Source of the DNA: a virus
Taxonomy: Duplodnaviria > Heunggongvirae > Uroviricota > Caudoviricetes
Virus record (IMG/VR): IMGVR_UViG_3300040801_002714
Span: 20,436-84,435 of that record
Length of the DNA: 64,000 nucleotides
Reading direction: 5' to 3' (one strand)
Positions 56,686 through 64,000 of the stretch are shown here, piece after piece. Position 1 is the stretch's first letter; each line of letters starts with the position of its first letter. The position numbers and the translations under genes are program-made. The notes under the pieces are model-generated. The model did not search any database. It worked only from the letters and a program-made list of their open reading frames with translations, and was not told where the DNA came from.

Positions 56686-57005
56686 AGTATATACCCTAAT
56701 CCTCCAACAAGTATGAGCGTTCCCACCGGGAGTCTTTCTAAGATCCCATACAAAGTCATGACAGTGTTTTCGAAAGGCAATACTGGATCATCTACTTCGC
56801 CGTTGCCTTTAAGGACTTCCGCCGTGACATCGTCGGGCAGATAATAGTAGAACTGCACATCGGACATTGTGTCTTCTGGGGAAGAACCACTGGACAGAAA
56901 AGAAGCGCGATAGTAGGCATCTTGTAACCAGATCCAACCACCATTGCAGTTGCGAACTGGGCGCCATGCATACCAAGGCTTAAAAGCTGTCCAGTATATG
57001 TCCAT
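56667..57005 (-). CDS. hypothetical protein
   Basis: 112-aa ORF. Confidence 0.4.
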   Translation of the reverse strand: MDIYWTAFKPWYAWRPVRNCNGGWIWLQDAYYRASFLSSGSSPEDTMSDVQFYYYLPDDVTAEVLKGNGEVDDPVLPFENTVMTLYGILERLPVGTLILVGGLGYILCQPLS

Positions 57006-57007
57006 TG

Positions 57008-57790
57008 CTAGTCCATGATTTTCTCGAGAGCTGCGGCTACACTTGCTGCAAAGTCAGGATCGTAATTGTCCTTGTCTTCGTTCAGTGAGTCCATGTTCTC
57101 CAGCGCCCACATCCAATAGTCTAAGGGCACACTCTCGAGGGGTTTACCTTTGTGTTTGCCAAATGGCATAGTATCATAAATAATAGGCTCTTGCAACCAT
57201 TGCAGAACCTGACTCATGTAAGGCTTATCTTTGTCGATAATTGTAAGCTCTTCCATTTTATCTATGCAGTATTCTAACAGGTGTGCTGTTACCAGTGCGT
57301 CGGAGTCTGCTCTGTGGTGTTCAATTTTGTGATCTGCAGGATCCAGTATATCAAAACGATATCTCAGGTACGGTAGCTTGAAGTTGGTCACAGTAGGGTC
57401 GCCGCCAAACAGTTTTTGGCTCATACGCATGGTGCAAATCCAAACCGGGTAATCAATGCCGTAACGTTGCAGGACATTTTCGTCATAGAAACTGTTATGA
57501 GCAACACACACAGCTTCTCCGCCAAATGCATCTAAAAACTCTTTCACGTTGTCAGTGAAATCTTCGAAGTGCGAACAGCGTTCGACCATTTTGTTTGTGA
57601 TGTTTGTTATAGACGAAACTTCAGCAGAGATCGGTTCGTATGGCTTAAACAACTCACCGAACGTAATCCAACTGTCGCCGTCCATGAATGCTCTGCCCAG
57701 TTCAATCACTTCGGCAACTTTGTAATCTAGGTCAGTAGTTTCTGTGTCTATTACAACACAGTTCTTTAAAAATTCATCTCTATGAGACAT
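57008..57790 (-). CDS. DEDD 3'-5' exonuclease (DnaQ/epsilon-like)
   Basis: Exo I VIDTETTDL; Exo II region CVAHNSFYDENVL; Exo III HRADSDALVTAHLL. Confidence 0.7.
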   Translation of the reverse strand: MSHRDEFLKNCVVIDTETTDLDYKVAEVIELGRAFMDGDSWITFGELFKPYEPISAEVSSITNITNKMVERCSHFEDFTDNVKEFLDAFGGEAVCVAHNSFYDENVLQRYGIDYPVWICTMRMSQKLFGGDPTVTNFKLPYLRYRFDILDPADHKIEHHRADSDALVTAHLLEYCIDKMEELTIIDKDKPYMSQVLQWLQEPIIYDTMPFGKHKGKPLESVPLDYWMWALENMDSLNEDKDNYDPDFAASVAAALEKIMD

Positions 57791-57852
57791 GAGGAGTTCC
57801 TCAGTTATTGTTGTATGTGGATTATAACAGAAATTGACTGTTAGGTCTACGA

Positions 57853-59355
57853 TTAATCGTAGTCTAAGTCAAGGGTTATCGAAGTTGAAAAATCGTCTAG
57901 CTTCTTATCGTTTTCGTCTATGCTGGCTAGATCAACTTCATAGCCCCATAGTCGCTTCATGTGGAAGATACAGTCCATTGCGTCCTCTTCTTCCAGTAAT
58001 TCTCCGTTCACTACATGGTGCACTAGCTCGAGTGTTCTAGTAGTTTTAATGTTTGAGTTAACTACCTGGATGTTTGGATCTTGATTTCCTACCTCATACT
58101 GGTCAGCAAGGGTGCTGCGTATTTTTCGATAGCCATCTCGATTGTGTATTGAACGAACTTCGTAAAAATCTTCTTCGGAGTTATTGTTAATCGAGAACAT
58201 TCTCATGTCTCTCATCAGCTTAGGACTAAGGAACTGTCTAACAAAGCTCTCGTCTCTGTAATTTTCGACAGCATGTTTGATAACTTCGATGTGATTTTCG
58301 CCTGCGATGTCGGGGAACCACTCGCGATCTTCTTTGGTAGGATCTTTACAGATGCGCTCAATGTCTCTAAACATGTTAAGACCTAACGCATAGGGGTTAA
58401 AATGCCCCATTTGTGTGTAATCTCCTTGCCATACCACGTTGCTGTGTACGTGTTTAAACTCTAGCATGGCACCTTCGGAAATTAGCCCTTTATCGTACAA
58501 TCTCTCCAGCATATAACAGTGAACCCAGCAAGCAAAACCTTCGTTCATTACCTTGGTTTGACGCTGCGGATAAAAGTACTGCGATATCATTCTCACAATA
58601 CGAATGATTTCTCTTTGCCATGTTTCTAAACTTGGGCTGTTCTTTTCAATAAACTTGAGAATATTCTCTTCGGGCTCAGGCGGAAAGTTCTTTTCTTTTT
58701 TCTTCTTACGTTCTTTGGCAGTTTCTTGCCACAGCACATTGACCTGGCTCTGTATGTATTCTTCGCGTTCTTTCTGCCTGTTCTTTTCTTCCATGATGCT
58801 GAGCTTGCTAGGCTTCTTGTAACGATCGATACCTTGGTTACGAAGCGCATGGGCACTGTCTATGATTCTCTCAACTTCGTGATAGCCGTATCTTTCTTCG
58901 CATTCAGCAATATAGTTTTTTGCAAATAGAAGATAGTCGATAATAGAGTCTGCTTTAGTCCACTCTTTGAACAGATAATTGTTTTTAAAGAAGTGATTGT
59001 GTCCGAAACCTGCGTGGGCAATTACCAAGGCCTGAATAGTGGCGGAGTTTTCCTCCATGAGATAGTTAATACAAGGATTTGAATTAATTACTAGCTCGTA
59101 TGCTAGGCCACTTTTTCCAGATCTGTATTTCTGTTCTTCGCCCACAAACACTTTACCGAAGCTCCAGTGATTATATCCTACTGGCATGCCGACGCTAGCA
59201 TATGCATCTAGCATCTGTGTGCTGGTAATCACTTCGAACTGATTTGGATAACAGTTAAGGCCTAGCTCTTCGTCTGCAATTTCTGCACATGCATCAGCCA
59301 CACGTTCGATAGTTTCGAACGACCAATCAGAATCTTCGAACAGTAGTTTACTCAC
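57853..59355 (-). CDS. spoVR: SpoVR/YcgB-family protein
   Basis: 500 aa; YPNQFEVITSTQMLDAYASVGMP and LAYELVINSNPCINYLMEEN collinear with E. coli YcgB; start overlaps the yeaH stop (ATGA). Confidence 0.88.
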   Translation of the reverse strand: MSKLLFEDSDWSFETIERVADACAEIADEELGLNCYPNQFEVITSTQMLDAYASVGMPVGYNHWSFGKVFVGEEQKYRSGKSGLAYELVINSNPCINYLMEENSATIQALVIAHAGFGHNHFFKNNYLFKEWTKADSIIDYLLFAKNYIAECEERYGYHEVERIIDSAHALRNQGIDRYKKPSKLSIMEEKNRQKEREEYIQSQVNVLWQETAKERKKKKEKNFPPEPEENILKFIEKNSPSLETWQREIIRIVRMISQYFYPQRQTKVMNEGFACWVHCYMLERLYDKGLISEGAMLEFKHVHSNVVWQGDYTQMGHFNPYALGLNMFRDIERICKDPTKEDREWFPDIAGENHIEVIKHAVENYRDESFVRQFLSPKLMRDMRMFSINNNSEEDFYEVRSIHNRDGYRKIRSTLADQYEVGNQDPNIQVVNSNIKTTRTLELVHHVVNGELLEEEDAMDCIFHMKRLWGYEVDLASIDENDKKLDDFSTSITLDLDYD

Positions 59356-60659
59356 GCATCTTCCTTCTTAAACAATTCTCTAAACACACCATATACTTCT
59401 TCGGGCTGATCTACCTGGGCTGTTGCTAGGTTGCTGTGGTGTGCCTTTAGTGATTTATATATCGGCCATATGCCAAACTCTTGCCCACCGTACCACATGC
59501 CACGCATCTCATTCATTCCATTTACTTCAATGTATGCAAAGAACTGACACATTGGCAATATGGTCTTGTCTAATATTTGAGTAAGTGGCTGGTTGTCATT
59601 CATGAAGTTGTCGCCGTCTGACGCCTGGGCACAATATATGTTCCATTCGTTTTCGTCGTAGCGTTCTTTTTGAATTTTGTACATTAGCTCGAAACCTGAA
59701 CTAACCACTGTGCCACCACTTTCTCTGCTATGGAAAAATTCTTCTTCTGTGCATTCTGTTGCGCGGCTGTGATGGCGAATAAAAACAACATCAACCTGAT
59801 CATATTTGTATTCCAAGAACAAATAAAGCAGTAGGTAGAATCTTTTTGCTAGATCCTTTTCGTGTTCGCCCATACTTGCAGAAACATCCATTACACAGAA
59901 CATAACTGCTTTGTGTTTTGGCTTCGGTACGTTTTCGTAGTTGCGATAACGCAGGTCAATTGGATCAAGAAAAGGAATGTTGCCTGACTTACGGCGTAGT
60001 GTTGCTAATTCTTTTTCTAGTTCTTCGATTTCTGTCTTTTGCTTTGCAGTCGGATTCTTTACTGCATAAAGCTCTTCCAGGAGCTCTTTGATTTCTCGAA
60101 TACGTCTTAGTTTAGGACGCTTGAGTGCGATGCGTCTGCCTATGCTATTCTTCATTGAACGAAGAAGGTCGAGGTTTGCAGGAGTGCCGTCGTTCACAAA
60201 CCCCGCCCTAGTCTTCGTAAAAGAAACAGACTCTTTTTGTGTTTTCTTTTTGAGATTAGGAAGCTCTAATCCTTCGAACAATATGTCGTTGAATTCGTCT
60301 TTGCTAATTGGGAAGGTAAAACTATCTTCTCCTTCCCCATCTGGTGAACCCTGCTTACCACCACTTCCTTCGCCTCCCTGGGGCTTCTCGATTAGGTCAC
60401 CCGGAACAAACTCTTTGTTGCCAGGAAGCACAAAATCTTTATTGCCTGTTTTATGATTGTGACGGAAAGTCGGTTCGTGTGTGCCGTCCGACACAGGCAC
60501 ATTGACGTCTTGATCGTCACTGGAAGTGATAGAACGATCTAGCAGACCGTCCTTGACACTTTTCCTTAGCTGCTCCTTTGCTCTTTTTAAAAATCTCTGT
60601 CTGTTTCCTAGATTTTTTCCGCTTGGGTTCAGCCTTCTATCAATAATAGAATGCGACAT
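59352..60659 (-). CDS. yeaH: YeaH/YhbH (DUF444) protein
   Basis: IDRRLNPSGKN..NRQRFL.R, Gly-rich loop KPQGGEGSGG, VMFCVMDVSASMG, WNIY.AQASDGDN; start at the Met at 60659, which overlaps the prkA stop (TAATG). Confidence 0.88.
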   Translation of the reverse strand: MSHSIIDRRLNPSGKNLGNRQRFLKRAKEQLRKSVKDGLLDRSITSSDDQDVNVPVSDGTHEPTFRHNHKTGNKDFVLPGNKEFVPGDLIEKPQGGEGSGGKQGSPDGEGEDSFTFPISKDEFNDILFEGLELPNLKKKTQKESVSFTKTRAGFVNDGTPANLDLLRSMKNSIGRRIALKRPKLRRIREIKELLEELYAVKNPTAKQKTEIEELEKELATLRRKSGNIPFLDPIDLRYRNYENVPKPKHKAVMFCVMDVSASMGEHEKDLAKRFYLLLYLFLEYKYDQVDVVFIRHHSRATECTEEEFFHSRESGGTVVSSGFELMYKIQKERYDENEWNIYCAQASDGDNFMNDNQPLTQILDKTILPMCQFFAYIEVNGMNEMRGMWYGGQEFGIWPIYKSLKAHHSNLATAQVDQPEEVYGVFRELFKKEDA

Positions 60660-62596
60660 TAAGATTTTTGTACTCGGGTAAACCATTCAACGAGTCGTCT
60701 AGTCTGACGCTCGCTGTATCCTTTGGCTAGCATACGATCAACAAACTCATCGTGCTTTTCCTGGTCCTTAGAGCTCGACTTAGTTCCAAAGCTAATTACA
60801 GGCAATAGCTCTTCTGTGTTCGAGAACATACGTTTTTCGATAACTTCGCGTAGTTTTTCGTAACTGGTCCAGCTAGGATTTTCTCCGCCGTTGTTTGCTC
60901 TTGCACGAAGAACAAACTGCACCACTTCACCTCGGAAATCTTTAGGATTTGCAATGCTAGCAGGCTTCTCGATTTTCTCTAGCTCGGAGTTAAGAATTTC
61001 TCTGTCGAACATTTGCCCAGTGTCTGGGTCGCGATAGTCAGTATCCTGGCACCAAGCATCTGCATACTCAACGTAACGATCGAATAGGTTCTGGCCATAT
61101 TCACCGTAGCTTTCTAGGTATGCTTTTTGAATCTCATAACCAATAAAGTCTTTGTATTCTTCGGTCATGTATTCTTTGATTAGCTCAAGATACTTGTCTT
61201 CGATTTCGTCTGGCATTTGTTCTTGGCGAATTGCCTGTTCCAGGATATACATCATGTGCACTGGATCAGCAGCCACTTCTTCTGGATCGAAGTTGAATGT
61301 TTGAGATAGCACTTTGAACGCGAAACGAGTGCTCATGCCGTTCATGCCTTCGTCAACGCCTGCTTCTTCTTTGTATTCGTGCAGGGTGCGCGCCTTAGGA
61401 TCTTTGTCCTTAAGATTTTCACCATTGTACACAAGCATCTTGCTTACTGCGTTCGAGTTCTTGTGCTCTTTCAGTCTTGTTAGCACAGAGAAGTCTGCCA
61501 ACAGCTCAAGTGTCTTAGGTGCAAGCGGTGCATTGCCCAGTGAGCTATCGCGAATCATCTTCTTGTAAATGTTTACTTCTTCGTCTCTGCGCAAGCAGTA
61601 AGGAACTTTAACAATGTAAATTCTATCTAAGAATGCTTCGTTGTTTTTGTTGTTGCGGAATGTTGTCCACTCACTTTCGTTTGAGTGTGCAAGAACAATA
61701 CCCTGGAATGGGATTGCACCTAGTCCTTCTTCGGTACCGTTGTAGTTGCTTTCTTGTGTTGCAGTTAGTAGAGGGTGAAGCACTTTGATCGGCGCCTTAA
61801 ACATCTCTACGAATTCCATCAAACCTTGGTTAGCGTGACACAGTCCTCCAGAGAAGCTGTATGCATCTGGATCGTTTTGACTGAAATCTTCTAGCTGACG
61901 AATGTCAACCTTACCTACAAGTGAACTAATATCCTGGTTGTTATCGTCGCCTGGTTCTGTTTTAGAAATTGCAATTTGGTTGAGCTTGCTTGGCCACATC
62001 TTAACTACGCTGAACTGACTTACATCGTTGCCGAAGTCTCTCAGTCTTTTTAGTGCCCACGGACTAGGAATAAGATTTTGTAGGTAACGACGAGAAACAC
62101 CGTACTCGTCTTCTAATAGATCTTTGTATTTTTCTTCTGCAAAAAGACCAAGTGGACTTTCAAACACAGGGCTAATTTCGTCGCCTGCCTTTAGTACATA
62201 AATGGGCTGTAGCTCCATTAGTGCTTTAAGTCTTTCTGCAAGACTGGACTTAGCAGAACCAACCGGACCTAGCAAATACAGTACCTGTTTCTTTTCTTCT
62301 AATCCTTGTGCTGCATGTCGGAAAAAACTAACGATGCGCTCAATGGTATCTTCCATACCGTAGAAGTCTTCGAATGCTTCGTACTGCTTGATTGTTCTGT
62401 TTTGGAAAATTCGGGAAAGTTTTGGATCTTTTGAGGTGTCTACAGTTTTAGGTTCACCAATTGCTGCAACCATACGCTCTGCAGGACTAGCGTAAGTAAG
62501 AGGATCCGCTTTACAAAGAGCAAAGTACTCCTCTAAAGACATTTCTTCTTGTTTGCGTTTATCTTGTTCACTCGAAAATAAGTCAAACAATTCCAT
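60659..62596 (-). CDS. prkA: PrkA/YeaG serine protein kinase (AAA-like N-domain plus kinase domain)
   Basis: 645 aa, collinear with E. coli YeaG from the N-terminus (AERM.AAIGEP..VDT...P.LSRIF.NR.I..Y.AFE.FYGMED.IE.IVSF..HAAQGLEEKKQ.LYLLGPVG..KSSLAERLK). Confidence 0.93.
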   Translation of the reverse strand: MELFDLFSSEQDKRKQEEMSLEEYFALCKADPLTYASPAERMVAAIGEPKTVDTSKDPKLSRIFQNRTIKQYEAFEDFYGMEDTIERIVSFFRHAAQGLEEKKQVLYLLGPVGSAKSSLAERLKALMELQPIYVLKAGDEISPVFESPLGLFAEEKYKDLLEDEYGVSRRYLQNLIPSPWALKRLRDFGNDVSQFSVVKMWPSKLNQIAISKTEPGDDNNQDISSLVGKVDIRQLEDFSQNDPDAYSFSGGLCHANQGLMEFVEMFKAPIKVLHPLLTATQESNYNGTEEGLGAIPFQGIVLAHSNESEWTTFRNNKNNEAFLDRIYIVKVPYCLRRDEEVNIYKKMIRDSSLGNAPLAPKTLELLADFSVLTRLKEHKNSNAVSKMLVYNGENLKDKDPKARTLHEYKEEAGVDEGMNGMSTRFAFKVLSQTFNFDPEEVAADPVHMMYILEQAIRQEQMPDEIEDKYLELIKEYMTEEYKDFIGYEIQKAYLESYGEYGQNLFDRYVEYADAWCQDTDYRDPDTGQMFDREILNSELEKIEKPASIANPKDFRGEVVQFVLRARANNGGENPSWTSYEKLREVIEKRMFSNTEELLPVISFGTKSSSKDQEKHDEFVDRMLAKGYSERQTRRLVEWFTRVQKS

Positions 62597-62674
62597 GTGT
62601 GTGCACTCCTTGAATTATTATACTACTACTTATTCCTTTTGCAGGAACAGGAGACGGTTAAAAGAACTGAAACT

Positions 62675-62703
62675 ATTATATGACGAAACTCAGAGAAAGT
62701 CAA
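62675..62703 (-). promoter_or_regulatory. consensus sigma70 promoter TTGACT-N17-TATAAT for the prkA operon
   Basis: Reverse complement reads TTGACT, a 17-nt spacer, then TATAAT; about 70-nt leader with AAGGAG RBS before the ATG at 62596. Confidence 0.6.
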
Positions 62704-62715
62704 TGAAAATTAGTC

Positions 62716-62748
62716 AGAAAAATGCCGGAGTTTTTAGGCCCCGGCATT
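62716..62748 (-). terminator. rho-independent terminator
   Basis: AATGCCGG followed by a 12-nt loop then CCGGCATT; the minus strand then reads TTTTCTG; lies between the acidic-protein gene and the prkA promoter. Confidence 0.6.
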
Positions 62749-62754
62749 CTGTGA

Positions 62755-64000
62755 TTAACCGTTTAAGGCTTTTAGTACCTTGAGTACGTCAGGATCAGCA
62801 CTCTCGTTCATAGACTTTTTAATAGCCTTATCACGTGAGCCTTTCCATTCGTCTTCGCTGCTTTCGATCTCTCCGTCACCGTCGTAATCTTTGTCAGCTT
62901 TTTCGCCTTCGTACATGCCTTCGTTAGACATTACCATTCTGTCATGAATGCGTTTGAGCAGCTTAGGACTCATGCCAACTAGATCATCCATGTCGTAGTA
63001 TTTGTCTCCGCCAAGACCCAAGTCTTGCATGTGAAGAATTGCACCAATTACACCTGACATTTCGTCCGATGCGTCTCTTGCACTAGCCGGTTCAATATCT
63101 AAGTCCATGTCAGGAGCAGCACGGTCTGTTGACGCTACGTCGTCCATGTCAATGTCTACCATTGCATCTGGATCTTCGTCGTCTAGGTCGTACACTTCTG
63201 GATCGTCTTCAGCCGGAACTTCTTCCATTTCGTCGTCGTCTTCAGCAATTGGGCTACAAGAAAGTGGGCTCTCTTCGCCGTCTTCGTTCTCGCCGTCGCA
63301 ATCAGCATCTTCGTCGAAATAGTCAGCTTCGAACACATCGTATTCATCGTCGCCTTCTGCTAGATCATAAACTGCATCGTATACTTCGTTCTCTTCGATA
63401 GCTGCTTCGTCGCAACCTTCTTTGGTGTCCGGGAAGCATTTGTCGCAATCGTAGCTACCGCAGTCGCAGTCTTTGTCTTCCTCAACTGTTTCCTTGTTTC
63501 CGAGCTCGTCGTTGAGACCTTTCTCAATAACACTCATCCACTTTTCTAAATCTTCCATCGGTGATTCCCCATGTTCTACGTCAATTCTATTATCTTCCAC
63601 CTGTGACATAGGTGAAAGTGACCCGTCATTATCTGTGTTCATGAACTGGTCGCTTATTCTTTCTTCAGGTGCAGCAGTCACATATTCGATTGGATAGCTT
63701 TGCTCTTGACTGTCTACGTTACATACTGCGCTTTTACCATCTAGTGCATATGCAACAAACACGCCGTATCCTTCGCCGTTACCTGCTCCGTAGAGATTGT
63801 CAATTTTAACCATTTCACCAGGCTGTAGATCTGGCTTATCTGGCAAGTAATGATTATCTCCGTCTACTTCTGCATATCGCTGTTCTTCTGTATTGCCTGC
63901 ATAGTAGCTATCGCCTGGGTCTGCAAATGCTTCCAGGCTGTCTAAACGAAATTCTTGAGGTTCGCCTTTGATGTTTACAATGCAGGTGCCACGGCCGGGC
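62755..64000 (-). CDS. extremely acidic Asp/Glu-rich protein, partial (5' end beyond window)
   Basis: The reading frame stays open to the window edge upstream of the TTG at 63846; C-terminal half is over 40% Asp/Glu with Cys clusters (CDCGSYDCDKC). Confidence 0.6.
   Translation of the reverse strand, partial: PGRGTCIVNIKGEPQEFRLDSLEAFADPGDSYYAGNTEEQRYAEVDGDNHYLPDKPDLQPGEMVKIDNLYGAGNGEGYGVFVAYALDGKSAVCNVDSQEQSYPIEYVTAAPEERISDQFMNTDNDGSLSPMSQVEDNRIDVEHGESPMEDLEKWMSVIEKGLNDELGNKETVEEDKDCDCGSYDCDKCFPDTKEGCDEAAIEENEVYDAVYDLAEGDDEYDVFEADYFDEDADCDGENEDGEESPLSCSPIAEDDDEMEEVPAEDDPEVYDLDDEDPDAMVDIDMDDVASTDRAAPDMDLDIEPASARDASDEMSGVIGAILHMQDLGLGGDKYYDMDDLVGMSPKLLKRIHDRMVMSNEGMYEGEKADKDYDGDGEIESSEDEWKGSRDKAIKKSMNESADPDVLKVLKALNG

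Overview
This 64-kb window looks like a large T4-like (KVP40-like) myovirus genome at about 44% GC. Coding density is very high and about 95% of genes lie on the minus strand. Confidently recognised genes include a family-B DNA polymerase (gp43-like), clamp loader gp44, a tail-fibre cluster, ClpA, a DnaJ-like protein, translation initiation factor IF-1, PhoH, GMP reductase, an NT5C-like hydrolase, nicotinamide phosphoribosyltransferase (Nampt/NadV), a bifunctional NMN adenylyltransferase/Nudix protein (NadM), AlkB, RtcB, an AAA+ ATPase, MazG, dCMP deaminase, ClpP, two DEDD exonucleases, and a translationally coupled prkA-yeaH-spoVR operon. No tRNA, rRNA, CRISPR array, transposase or reverse transcriptase was seen. 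The most unusual content is host-like modules rather than a mobile element. One is a complete three-gene PrkA/YeaH/SpoVR system under a consensus sigma70 promoter. Another is a complete ClpA(IGF)-ClpP pair with an IF-1 and J-domain operon. The region from 31 to 54 kb reads as an accessory island: Nampt plus NMNAT/Nudix NAD salvage with a third HxGH nucleotidyltransferase, a DarG/TARG1-like macro domain, RtcB with a DUF4326 protein, AlkB, MazG, a type IV pilin-like gene, an SPFH protein and three lipoproteins. I also report a truncated DnaE-like fragment, two tandem arrays of small paralogous genes, and two promoter classes. Genes of unknown function are 'hypothetical protein' in the feature list; their coordinates are supported by the ORF track and tight packing only.
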